DNA of 42,216 nt from positions 23,314-65,529 of the forward strand of contig MHMS01000025.1 in the NCBI GenBank assembly GCA_001821615.1, read 5' to 3'. Below, one piece after another: positions 10,295 to 18,905 of the stretch; positions within the stretch are counted from its first letter, which is position 1; every line of letters starts with the position of its first letter. Origin of the DNA: Candidatus Niyogibacteria bacterium RIFCSPLOWO2_12_FULL_41_13 (GTDB lineage Bacteria; Patescibacteriota; Minisyncoccia; 2-12-FULL-41-13). The notes beneath the pieces were generated by a model. It made no database searches and was not told where the DNA came from. It was given only the letters and a program-made list of their open reading frames with translations. Position numbers and translations under genes: made by a program.

Positions 10295-12967
10295 ATGTCT
10301 TTTCTCTCTAAAATTTTCGGAGACTCAAGCGAGAGGTTTGTAAATTCCTTAAAGCCAACGCTTGAAAAAATAAACCAGCTTGAACCAGAGTATGAAAAAT
10401 TTAAACCGGAAGATTTTCCGCAAAAAACGGCTGAATTCAAGGAACGGCTTAAAAAAGGCGAAACGCTGGATGATATTTTGCCGGAAACGTTTGCCTTGGT
10501 TCGTGAAGCGGCAAAAAGAACGCTCAAACAGCGGCATTTTGATGTCCAGCTTTTGGGCGGAATTGTTTTGCATCGGGGAAAAATCAGCGAGATGAAAACC
10601 GGCGAAGGAAAAACTTTGGTCGCCACCTTGCCGGTTTATTTAAACGCACTCTCGGAAAAAGGAGCGCATATCGTCACAGTTAACGATTATTTGGCTCGCA
10701 GAGATGTTGTTTGGATGGGGCCGGTTTATCATTTGCTCGGCCTTAAAGCCACTTGTTTAAATCATGAGACGTCTTATCTTTACGACCCGGAGTTTGGCAA
10801 AGAAGTTCATAAAGAAACGGAGCAGCCCGCAACCGCGGCGTTTTTGGTTCATCATGAGTTTTTAAAGCCGATTTCAAGGCGCGAAGCATACAGAGCCGAT
10901 ATTCTTTACGGCACAAACAACGAGTTTGGTTTTGATTATTTGCGCGATAATTTGGTTTATCGGCCTGAAGATATGGTTCAAAGAACCGAAGAAGAAGGAG
11001 GATTTAATTTTGCCGTTGTTGACGAAATTGATTCAATTTTGATTGACGAGTCAAGGACTCCTCTCATTATTTCCGCGCCTTCGGAAGAGTCGGGCGAGTT
11101 TTATAAAAATTTCGCTTCTGTCGCCGAGCGGCTGGAAGAAGGAAAAGATTATAATCTTGACGAAAAAATGCGGGCGGTGATGATTGCCGACGAAGGAATC
11201 GCGAAAGTGGAAAAAATTCTCGGCGTTGAAAATATTTACACCGAAAAGGGGATTAAATATGTTCACCATATTGAACAGGCGCTGCGGGCGAAAGCCCTTT
11301 TTCACCGCGACAAAGATTACATAATAAAAGAAGGCGAAATAATGATTGTTGACGAATTTACCGGCCGGATGATGCCCGGACGCCGATGGTCGGAAGGGCT
11401 TCATCAGGCGATTGAAGCGAAAGAAGGAGTCAAAATTCAGCAAGAATCGCGAACTTTCGCCACCATCACTTTTCAAAATTATTTTCGGCTGTACAAAAAA
11501 CTGGCGGGAATGACGGGAACCGCCAAAACCTCGGAAGAAGAATTTTACAAAGTCTACGGCTTGGAAGTTTTTTCCATTCCCACGCACCGGCAGATGATAA
11601 GAACGGACAAATCAGACAAAATTTTTCAAAGCGAGAAAGGAAAATTTCAATCTTTGGTTCGCGAAATCAAAGAGCGGCATCAAAAGGGACAGCCGGTTTT
11701 AATCGGCACGATTTCAATTGAAAAAAACGAATACATTTCCGCTCTTTTGCAAAAAGAAGGCATTCCTCATAAATTGTTAAACGCGAAGAATCATGAAAAC
11801 GAAGCAATGGTTATCGCGCAGGCCGGAAAATCGGGAGCGGTGACCGTGGCGACGAACATGGCCGGCCGGGGCGTGGACATTATTTTGGGCGGAAACCCGC
11901 CTGACGCCGGAGAAGCGGAAAAAGTCAGGAAAGCGGGCGGTCTTTTGGTAATCGGAACGGAGCGGCACGAAGCGCGGAGGATTGACAATCAGTTAAGAGG
12001 ACGTTCGGGCCGGCAGGGAGACCCGGGCGAAAGCAATTTTTATGTTTCGTTGGAAGACGATTTGATGAGAATTTTCGGCGGAGAGAGAATAAAGTCGCTG
12101 ATGGGCACTTTCGGCATTCCTGAAGACGAACCGATTGAAAACAGGCTGGTTTCGCGGACCATTGAATCGGCGCAGGAAAAAATTGAAGGGTTCAATTTTG
12201 ACGCGAGAAAACATTTGCTTGAATACGACGATGTGATGAATAAACAGAGGCAGACGGTTTACGGCAGAAGAAGAAAAATTTTATTTTCATCGGATAAAAA
12301 GCTTGAGGAAACCATTTTAGAATTATTAAAAGAAGAAATAAAAACGCTGGTTGAAATTCATACGGCTTCGGATGTAGGGGAAGAATGGAATATTGAAGAA
12401 ATTTTTGAAAATTTAAAAGCGCGGTTTGACGCCAAAGACGAAATTCATCAAAAACTCATTGAGATTAAAGACCATAATCATAGCTCCGACGAAGCGAGAA
12501 ATAAAATTATGGATTATTTAAACGATTTTACGGAGGGATTATTTAACAAGCGAAAACAGGAAAGAGGAGAGGAGATTTTTAAAACTTGGCGGGCTTTGCT
12601 TTTGCAGATTATTGATATGTTGTGGGTGGGGCATTTGGAAACAATGGAATATCTGCGTTCTTCCGTGGGGCTTCGGGCTTACGGACAGCGCGACCCTTTG
12701 GTTGAATATAAAAACGAAGGAGCGCGATTGTTTAAAGAATTTAACGCGCTATTCAAGGCGCAGTTGTCTCATTTGGTTTTTAAAGTCGGCGAGCCGGCAA
12801 AAACAGAGCGTCAGGATTTTCAGGAAAAACATCCCGGTATGAAAATTTTGGGCGGAGCGGCTGGAAACCGGCAACCAAATCAGCCAGCCATAAAAAAAGA
12901 AGTCGGCAGAAATGATCCCTGTTGGTGCGGAAGCGGTAAAAAGTATAAAAAGTGTCATGGGAAATAA
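10295..12967 (+). CDS. secA: Preprotein translocase ATPase SecA
   Basis: MKTGEGKT, VDEIDSILIDE, ATNMAGRGVDI, QLRGRSGRQGDPG, C-terminal SEC-C motif GRNDPCWCGSGKKYKKCHG. Confidence 0.99.
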   Translation: MSFLSKIFGDSSERFVNSLKPTLEKINQLEPEYEKFKPEDFPQKTAEFKERLKKGETLDDILPETFALVREAAKRTLKQRHFDVQLLGGIVLHRGKISEMKTGEGKTLVATLPVYLNALSEKGAHIVTVNDYLARRDVVWMGPVYHLLGLKATCLNHETSYLYDPEFGKEVHKETEQPATAAFLVHHEFLKPISRREAYRADILYGTNNEFGFDYLRDNLVYRPEDMVQRTEEEGGFNFAVVDEIDSILIDESRTPLIISAPSEESGEFYKNFASVAERLEEGKDYNLDEKMRAVMIADEGIAKVEKILGVENIYTEKGIKYVHHIEQALRAKALFHRDKDYIIKEGEIMIVDEFTGRMMPGRRWSEGLHQAIEAKEGVKIQQESRTFATITFQNYFRLYKKLAGMTGTAKTSEEEFYKVYGLEVFSIPTHRQMIRTDKSDKIFQSEKGKFQSLVREIKERHQKGQPVLIGTISIEKNEYISALLQKEGIPHKLLNAKNHENEAMVIAQAGKSGAVTVATNMAGRGVDIILGGNPPDAGEAEKVRKAGGLLVIGTERHEARRIDNQLRGRSGRQGDPGESNFYVSLEDDLMRIFGGERIKSLMGTFGIPEDEPIENRLVSRTIESAQEKIEGFNFDARKHLLEYDDVMNKQRQTVYGRRRKILFSSDKKLEETILELLKEEIKTLVEIHTASDVGEEWNIEEIFENLKARFDAKDEIHQKLIEIKDHNHSSDEARNKIMDYLNDFTEGLFNKRKQERGEEIFKTWRALLLQIIDMLWVGHLETMEYLRSSVGLRAYGQRDPLVEYKNEGARLFKEFNALFKAQLSHLVFKVGEPAKTERQDFQEKHPGMKILGGAAGNRQPNQPAIKKEVGRNDPCWCGSGKKYKKCHGK

Positions 12968-12974
12968 AACCGAT

Positions 12975-13400
12975 ATGGATAAGAAATTTTTAGAAGAAAT
13001 TCAGGAGCGAGTCATAATTTTGTTGAAAACCTTATCAAATGATTTACATATTGTAGCTAAGGATCGGTGTAGCGAAGTAGCTAGATTGGTCGGGTGTTGG
13101 ATATCGGATGAATGTTACAAATGTAGAATACAAATTTGTAAAGGAACATTTTCCGATGGATCGGCTCATGATATTTTGGTTGTAGAGAACAACGGGGCAT
13201 TGTCACTGATAGACCCGACAATTTGGCAGATATTTCCAGAAAGCAGCAGTATTTTTATCGGAACCGCTGGCAATATACAAGAGACGTCAAGCTTACTTAC
13301 TGAGAAATATAGTGGATCTTGGAAGATATCAGAGGATTTATACAAATGTAGTGATGATTTCCAAAAGAAACTTCTGGAGATTATCAAGAACAGCAGATAA
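12975..13400 (+). CDS. Hypothetical protein with a transglutaminase/papain-like Cys-His-Asp pattern
   Basis: ATG 12975 lies 7 nt after the secA stop. DRCSEVARLV ... AHDILVV ... LIDPTIWQ resembles the C...H...DPT triad spacing of transglutaminase-like folds (inference). Confidence 0.65.
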   Translation: MDKKFLEEIQERVIILLKTLSNDLHIVAKDRCSEVARLVGCWISDECYKCRIQICKGTFSDGSAHDILVVENNGALSLIDPTIWQIFPESSSIFIGTAGNIQETSSLLTEKYSGSWKISEDLYKCSDDFQKKLLEIIKNSR

Positions 13401-13429
13401 AAAAATATAAAAAGTGCTACGGGGCGTAG
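13398..13429 (+). repeat. Displaced duplicate of the secA 3' end (KKYKKCYGA*)
   Basis: taaaaaaatataaaaagtgctacggggcgtag versus secA 12937-12967 taaaaagtataaaaagtgtcatgggaaataa. Confidence 0.7.
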
Positions 13430-13514
13430 GGACTAGGCCAAAAGCCGAAATAGCCATAGTTGCTTTATCTACTACTATCTGCTATCATCTGATATATACC
13501 CAATAACAGTAATT

Positions 13515-14579
13515 ATGGCCGTAAATACAACAAAATTTGACCATCGAATCAAAACGCTCGATCCGCACATCGTGGCGCTCTTGGCCGCTATTGACGAGAT
13601 AAAAGGCCAGTTTAAGGCAGGCCTCCGGATGACGCCGCAGGCGATCACCAACCTCAAGAGGTCCGTGCTGATCACTTCAGCTGGTTCTTCAACCCGCATC
13701 GAAGGTGCAAAGCTGAACGACGAAGAAGTGCAAAAGATCATGCGGGGACTTTCGGTCTCAAAATTCGCGGATCGCGACTCGCAAGAAGCGCAGGGCTATC
13801 TTGAGACCTTGCAAAACGTATTTGACAGCTACGAAAAACTGCCGCTCCGCGAGAGCATCATTAAGTCGCTCCACAAAGAATTGCTCAAATATTCAACAAA
13901 AAATGAACTTCAACGAGGCGACTACAAGAGAAAAGAAAATACAGTCGGCGTACTCGATGCGCAAGACAACGTGGCTCGTATCATGTTTGAAACCACGAAA
14001 GCGTATCTTACGCCAAAAGAAATGCAGGAGTTGGTGGACTGGACTGCCGAGGCGTTGCAGAAAAATCGATTCCATCCATTGCTTGTTATTGCAAACTTCA
14101 TCGTTGAATTTTTGAAGATCCACCCGTTTGAAGACGGCAACGGGCGTCTTTCGCGCGTTCTCACAAATTTACTTTTACTCCGCGCCGGCTATTCATTTGT
14201 GCAGTATGTCTCGCATGAACAGCTTGTCGAAAAAAGAAAAGATGAATACTACATCGCGCTCCGCAAGTCGCAGGAAACATTCAATACCGAAAAAGATACG
14301 ATTTCTCCGTGGCTCAACTTCTTTCTGTCGGTCATAAAAGAGCAAGCTAATAAAGCTCTGGCGTATCTTGAAGAAGAAAGAGTCGAGGACACGCTTTCGC
14401 CGAAACAATATGAAGTATGGAAGCACATCTCAAGCGTTGGCGAGGCAAGCCCGGGCGAGATCGTAAAGGCAACGGGCGTAGGAATGCCGACTGTTCGGCA
14501 GGCGCTGGACAGGCTTCTTGAACTTGGAAAAGTAAAGCGGAGAGGCCGGGGGCCCGGGACAAGATATGTAAAAATATAA
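13515..14579 (+). CDS. Fic family protein (class II-like) with C-terminal winged HTH
   Basis: Canonical HPFEDGNGRLSR motif; N-terminal inhibitory-type STRIEG; C-terminal HTH (ASPGEIVKATGVGMPTVRQALDRL). Confidence 0.93.
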   Translation: MAVNTTKFDHRIKTLDPHIVALLAAIDEIKGQFKAGLRMTPQAITNLKRSVLITSAGSSTRIEGAKLNDEEVQKIMRGLSVSKFADRDSQEAQGYLETLQNVFDSYEKLPLRESIIKSLHKELLKYSTKNELQRGDYKRKENTVGVLDAQDNVARIMFETTKAYLTPKEMQELVDWTAEALQKNRFHPLLVIANFIVEFLKIHPFEDGNGRLSRVLTNLLLLRAGYSFVQYVSHEQLVEKRKDEYYIALRKSQETFNTEKDTISPWLNFFLSVIKEQANKALAYLEEERVEDTLSPKQYEVWKHISSVGEASPGEIVKATGVGMPTVRQALDRLLELGKVKRRGRGPGTRYVKI

Positions 14580-14650
14580 TTTATGGAAAAGCCAGCTCAT
14601 ACTTCAAAGCTGTTATTTTCACAGGTCTCGGCAATGTTTTTGACTTTAAT

Positions 14651-15322
14651 CTAATCTTTTCTTGCGAAAATTATCAACTGGTCTCCCAGGGTGGGAAAAA
14701 CATCTCCCAAAAATCCGAATATTTTGCCAATTCCGGGAATTTTAGTAAAAAGATTGCCTAGCAAATACGACGAAGTTGCTTTAAGAATTTTAAATCCTTC
14801 TTCTTCAAGCAACTTTTTAATCGCATTTCTATTATAAACATGATAATGAAAAGGCGCGGCGGCATGAGAACTCATAGGCATCGCGCCAAATAACATCAAT
14901 AATCTATTCACAAGAGAGACTAAATTCGGAGTTGTTACTATCAAAATGCTTTTGGATTTCAAAGATTTGTAACAATCGCGGATAAATTTTCTGTCGTCGA
15001 ATAAATGCTCAATAATTTCACCGGCGAATATAACATCAAAATCAATCCCAAATTCAGGAATTTCTTTATTTAAATCCGCTTGAATTATTTTCACCCCCTT
15101 AATATCCCTGAGATTTATATCTACACCAAAACAATTTGAACCTTCCGTGGCTAATCTATCGCTAACTCCTCCTTTACTAATGCCGCAGTCCAAAATATCC
15201 AATCCTTTAACTTCGCCAAAGTATTTTCGGATAAACTTAATGGCTTTTTCAATTCTGACAGGATCGGGCGTTTCATAATTTTCAAAGATTTCTTGTTTTT
15301 TGTCCGGAAATTTGAGAAACAT
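14651..15322 (-). CDS. Class I SAM-dependent methyltransferase
   Basis: ILDCGISKGG motif I, GVDIN, FDVIFAGEIIEHL, LIVTTPN. Confidence 0.88.
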   Translation of the reverse strand: MFLKFPDKKQEIFENYETPDPVRIEKAIKFIRKYFGEVKGLDILDCGISKGGVSDRLATEGSNCFGVDINLRDIKGVKIIQADLNKEIPEFGIDFDVIFAGEIIEHLFDDRKFIRDCYKSLKSKSILIVTTPNLVSLVNRLLMLFGAMPMSSHAAAPFHYHVYNRNAIKKLLEEEGFKILKATSSYLLGNLFTKIPGIGKIFGFLGDVFPTLGDQLIIFARKD

Positions 15323-15327
15323 AATTC

Positions 15328-15336
15328 ATTATAGCA
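15328..15336 (-). promoter_or_regulatory. Extended -10 (TG-c-TATAAT) 5 nt before the methyltransferase ATG
   Basis: Minus strand tgctataatgaattATG, a perfect consensus. Confidence 0.6.
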
Positions 15337-15362
15337 AAAAAAAAGAGGGAATTTCTTCCCTC
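15336..15362 (-). terminator. Intrinsic terminator
   Basis: Minus strand GAGGGAA-GAAA-TTCCCTC followed by T9. Confidence 0.8.
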
Positions 15363-15642
15363 ACATTAAATCGTGGATAATACAACCAATGCCTGCCAAT
15401 CCACTCAACGCAAGTATCAAAAAACACGCAAACACTACTAGAAAATAACGTCTATGATGCCAATGATGCCAATCCGGCGGGCAATCCTCCCAGTGATTTG
15501 TTTCCCTAAGTTTGCGATCAGCTTCGTAATTAGGCAGATTAAACAAAGTCGTTGCCTTCATTGATAATATCATTCCTCCTATGCCTGCGATAAAAACAAG
15601 AAAACAAAAAGTAAATGAATCAATAGTCACCAGATTATTCAC
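15361..15642 (-). CDS. Small 2-TM membrane protein with a His/Trp-rich loop
   Basis: GTG start with SD AAAGGAGGAG; two hydrophobic segments flank HWEDCPPDWHHWHHRR. Confidence 0.7.
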   Translation of the reverse strand: MNNLVTIDSFTFCFLVFIAGIGGMILSMKATTLFNLPNYEADRKLRETNHWEDCPPDWHHWHHRRYFLVVFACFLILALSGLAGIGCIIHDLM

Positions 15643-15660
15643 AAATCTCCTCCTTTCAGG

Positions 15661-16005
15661 TTAGGTTTTTTTTGAATATACTGGTTTTTTTATTTTTCTT
15701 CCCCCTCTTTTTCCGTTCGCAGTAATCTTAAAAGATACCGATTTAGTTCCTTTAGGAACGGGATAATATTTTTTCCCATTATTACCGCTCCTATTGCTTC
15801 CAGTCATCAAGACGAATTGAAACCTGTTTCTTTCTGTCGCTAGATGCGTTGCTCTCGGTATTATTGGATACCTTCCTTTCTTAACAGCGATAATTTCTTT
15901 TCCCAATTTAGAAATTTTTGCGGGAACGGTTTTACTGTCAAAACTCTTGTTCTTTGTTGTCTCACGAGACCCATTACTTCTTGTAAATAGAAGTCTTTTT
16001 CCCAT
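15661..16005 (-). CDS. Highly basic hypothetical protein (114 aa)
   Basis: SD GAAAGGAG, upstream sigma70 promoter, K/R-rich; family not recognised. Confidence 0.7.
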   Translation of the reverse strand: MGKRLLFTRSNGSRETTKNKSFDSKTVPAKISKLGKEIIAVKKGRYPIIPRATHLATERNRFQFVLMTGSNRSGNNGKKYYPVPKGTKSVSFKITANGKRGGRKIKKPVYSKKT

Positions 16006-16051
16006 CTAATCTCCTTTCGGTAGAATGTTTAAAAATTACAAATCCAATCTA

Positions 16052-16080
16052 AATTTATATCAAATCGCTCAATTTGTCAA
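16052..16080 (-). promoter_or_regulatory. Putative sigma70 promoter for the 16005/15642 orphan pair
   Basis: Minus strand TTGACA-17 nt-TAAATT. Confidence 0.6.
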
Positions 16081-16108
16081 TTTTAGAATTTTAGATTAAA
16101 TTGTAATT

Positions 16109-17692
16109 ATGATTCGCGATAAAATACGGGAATTATTGAAAAAAAACGCGGAAGCGGAAACAAATTTTTCTCTTGAAAAACCGGAAAGAGCGGAATTCGG
16201 CGATTACGCGGCGAACTTAGCTTTAGTTTTGGCAAAAGAGCGAAAAGAAAATCCGCGAAAAATAGCTGAAGATTTGATTGGAAAAATAAAAGGAAATAGG
16301 GAAGCGGATATTTTTGAAAAAATAGAAATCGCCGGTCCGGGATTTATAAATTTTTTTTTAAACAAAGACGCCGTTCTTGAAGAATTTAAAAAACTCTCAA
16401 AATTAAAAACTCTGCTGAAATTTAAAACCCCAAAAAGTAAAATTCAGATTGAATTTATTTCGGTGAATCCGACCGGAGAACTGCATATCGGCCACGGCAG
16501 AGGAGCGTTTTACGGCGAGGCGCTTTCTCAAGTTTTGAAACTAACCGACTATAAAGTTGAAAAAGAATATTTTATCAACGATTCAAAAGAATCAAGTCAA
16601 ATTAAGGAGCTCGGGAAAACGGTTTTGGACGAGGGGACGAGTTATTTGACGGAAAATCTCAAATCTCAAATCTCAAAATTAAAAACTAAAATTAAAAATT
16701 TAAAGCTAGAAAAACCAAAAAATCTTTACGGCGAGGCCGGTTATTTAATAGCCGAAGAAATTCAGAAAGATAACAAGAAATTTATTGAAAAAGAATTGGG
16801 CATTAAATTTAATAATTGGATTTCAGAAGAAAAAAATTTGAGACAAAAGAATTACTTTAACAAAATTCTGGAAATTTTGAAAAACAAAAATTTAGTTTAT
16901 AAAAAACAAGGGGCGTTTTGGTTGAAAACTTCGCAATTTGGAGACGACGAAGACAGAGTGATTGTCAGAACAAGTGGGGAGCCGACTTATTTTTTGAGCG
17001 ATATTGCTTATCATTTTCAAAAAATTGAAAGGGGGTATAAAAAAATCATTGAGATTTGGGGAGCGGACCATCAGGGACACCAAAAGCGGCTTTTTGCCGT
17101 TAAAAAAGCGCTTGATTGGCAAGTTGATATGGAAATTTTAATCAGCCAAGTTGTGACCATTAAAAAAGGCGAAGAAATCAAGAAAATGTCAAAAAGAAAG
17201 GGCGAAGTAATTTTACTTAAAGACCTTTTGGCCGAAGTCGGCAAAGACGCGGCGCGCTGGTTTTATCTGCAAAAATCTCTTGACACTCATATGGAATTTG
17301 ACATAGAACTTGCCAAAAAAAGAGAAGAAAAAAATCCGGTTTATTATGTTCAATACGGCCACGCCCGAATGGCTTCAATCTTGAGAAAAGCGAAAAGCGG
17401 AAAAATCTCTCCGCCGGCGACTTTTACTTTTGCCGAAGACGCGGAAATTTTACTCATTAAAAAAATTTTGGAAGTTTTTGATGTTTTGGAAGACGCGATT
17501 AAAGATTATCAGGTCCATAGAATTCTAAGTTATATTTACGAACTTGTTTATGTTTTTTCCGTTTTTTACCGCGATATCCGCGTGCTTGATTCAAAACAAG
17601 AGAGAGAGAGATTATTTTTGGTCAAAGAAACAAAAAAGATTTTAGCGAATTTGTTGCGGCTGATTGGCGTGGCCGCGCCGGAGAGGATGTAA
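16109..17692 (+). CDS. argS: Arginine--tRNA ligase
   Basis: FGDYAAN, IAGPGFINF, NPTGELHIGHGR (HIGH), WGADH, KMSKRKG, NPVYYVQYGHAR, C-terminal APERM. Confidence 0.98.
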   Translation: MIRDKIRELLKKNAEAETNFSLEKPERAEFGDYAANLALVLAKERKENPRKIAEDLIGKIKGNREADIFEKIEIAGPGFINFFLNKDAVLEEFKKLSKLKTLLKFKTPKSKIQIEFISVNPTGELHIGHGRGAFYGEALSQVLKLTDYKVEKEYFINDSKESSQIKELGKTVLDEGTSYLTENLKSQISKLKTKIKNLKLEKPKNLYGEAGYLIAEEIQKDNKKFIEKELGIKFNNWISEEKNLRQKNYFNKILEILKNKNLVYKKQGAFWLKTSQFGDDEDRVIVRTSGEPTYFLSDIAYHFQKIERGYKKIIEIWGADHQGHQKRLFAVKKALDWQVDMEILISQVVTIKKGEEIKKMSKRKGEVILLKDLLAEVGKDAARWFYLQKSLDTHMEFDIELAKKREEKNPVYYVQYGHARMASILRKAKSGKISPPATFTFAEDAEILLIKKILEVFDVLEDAIKDYQVHRILSYIYELVYVFSVFYRDIRVLDSKQERERLFLVKETKKILANLLRLIGVAAPERM

Positions 17693-17717
17693 AAAAATAA
17701 GGTCCTTTTTAGGACCT
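17692..17717. terminator. Hairpin between convergent argS and an orphan gene
   Basis: aggtcct-tttt-aggacct; U-rich tail on the minus strand. Confidence 0.6.
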
Positions 17718-18151
17718 CAGGTTTTTTCTTTGAAAAATATTTTTTCTGTTGTTTCTTCGTCAAGATTGCCTTCTGATAAAATATCAATTATTTCATCTTT
17801 TAAGGCTTTAATTAAAGAAGTCTCTTCTTTTGTCGTCAGCGAAAAATCAGTTCTAAAGGAAAATTTATAAATAATAAATTCTCCTTTTTCTTCCGGTTTC
17901 TGAATCGTTGTTTCTGCGCCATTGACACAAAAAAATGTGTCTTCCATCGCGTCTTTTTTCTTTGCTGAATTTCCGCCGGCGAAAATCTTTATTTCTACCG
18001 TTATTAATGAAGCTATCACCCCCTCATTATTAATTTTTTTGGCAGATATTTTTACTTCGTCGCCGGATATTGTCTTGGCCTCCATAATTGTTTCGCCAAA
18101 TGCCGGATGATTCGCAAGGATTGCAATGATGGCAACTATTAGAAAGAACAT
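17717..18151 (-). CDS. Secreted hypothetical protein (144 aa)
   Basis: Start moved to ATG 18151 after SD AAAGGAGGAG; gives the signal peptide MFFLIVAIIAILANHPAFG. Confidence 0.7.
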   Translation of the reverse strand: MFFLIVAIIAILANHPAFGETIMEAKTISGDEVKISAKKINNEGVIASLITVEIKIFAGGNSAKKKDAMEDTFFCVNGAETTIQKPEEKGEFIIYKFSFRTDFSLTTKEETSLIKALKDEIIDILSEGNLDEETTEKIFFKEKT

Positions 18152-18261
18152 TCCTATCTCCTCCTTTCTTGTTTTAAGGTTAAGATTTATTCCATTGAAA
18201 TTATCCGCTATTTTTAATAGTTTGTAAAACTTAAAGCGTTCTTTAAATATCAATGGGAAAA

Positions 18262-18270
18262 TGCTATTTT
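18262..18270 (+). promoter_or_regulatory. Extended -10 (TG-c-TATTTT) 6 nt before the tsaC ATG
   Basis: tgctatttttattgaATG; no SD. Confidence 0.45.
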
Positions 18271-18276
18271 TATTGA

Positions 18277-18888
18277 ATGGAAATCGTGTCTCTGGAAAAG
18301 GCGGATGTGGATAACTTAGTCGGCATTCTTAGAAACGACGGAGTCATCGTGGTGCCGACTGATACTGTTTACGGCTTGGCGGCTAACGCTTTGAGCCAAA
18401 AAGCGGTTTCGAAGGTTCTAAGAATTAAAGGAAGAAAAGAAGGGAAACCATTGCCCGTTTTTATTTCTTCTTTAGAAATGCTTGATAAGGTTGCGGTTGC
18501 GAGAGACGAACAAACAAAAGAAATGTTCAAAAAAGTTTGGCCCGGAAAAGCGACCTTGATTCTTTCGGCGCGCGGCTGGTTGCCGATGGAAGTCAGGGGA
18601 AACAATGGTTTAACAACAGGAGTTCGCATTCCCAATTATCCGTGGCTTAGGCAATTGATGGATAAATTCGGCGGGCCGATTACCGGCACTTCGGCGAATG
18701 TTTCGGGTTTTCCGGCGCATACGAAAATTAAAGAACTGATTGAAGAATTCAACAAGCTTCCTTTTAAGCCCGATATTGTTGTTGACGCCGGCGCTCTTCC
18801 GGAGTCCCAGCCCTCGGCCGTGATTGATTGTACGGTTTCGCCGCCGCAAATTTTAAGAAAAGGAGAAATTTTGTTAAATGAATTATAA
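18277..18888 (+). CDS. tsaC: Threonylcarbamoyl-AMP synthase (YrdC/Sua5 family)
   Basis: VPTDTVYGL, KGR...KPL, GVRIP, TSANVSG, SAVID...LRKG. Confidence 0.95.
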   Translation: MEIVSLEKADVDNLVGILRNDGVIVVPTDTVYGLAANALSQKAVSKVLRIKGRKEGKPLPVFISSLEMLDKVAVARDEQTKEMFKKVWPGKATLILSARGWLPMEVRGNNGLTTGVRIPNYPWLRQLMDKFGGPITGTSANVSGFPAHTKIKELIEEFNKLPFKPDIVVDAGALPESQPSAVIDCTVSPPQILRKGEILLNEL

Positions 18889-18905
18889 ATCATGAATAAA
18901 GAATT

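Noticed and set aside
12912-12974. Extended N-terminus of the post-secA ORF; likewise the upstream starts at 3516, 10253, 18253, 20150 and 33588
   Set aside because: Longest-ORF artefacts; downstream ATGs fit SD sites, ATGA coupling, signal peptides or family N-termini better.
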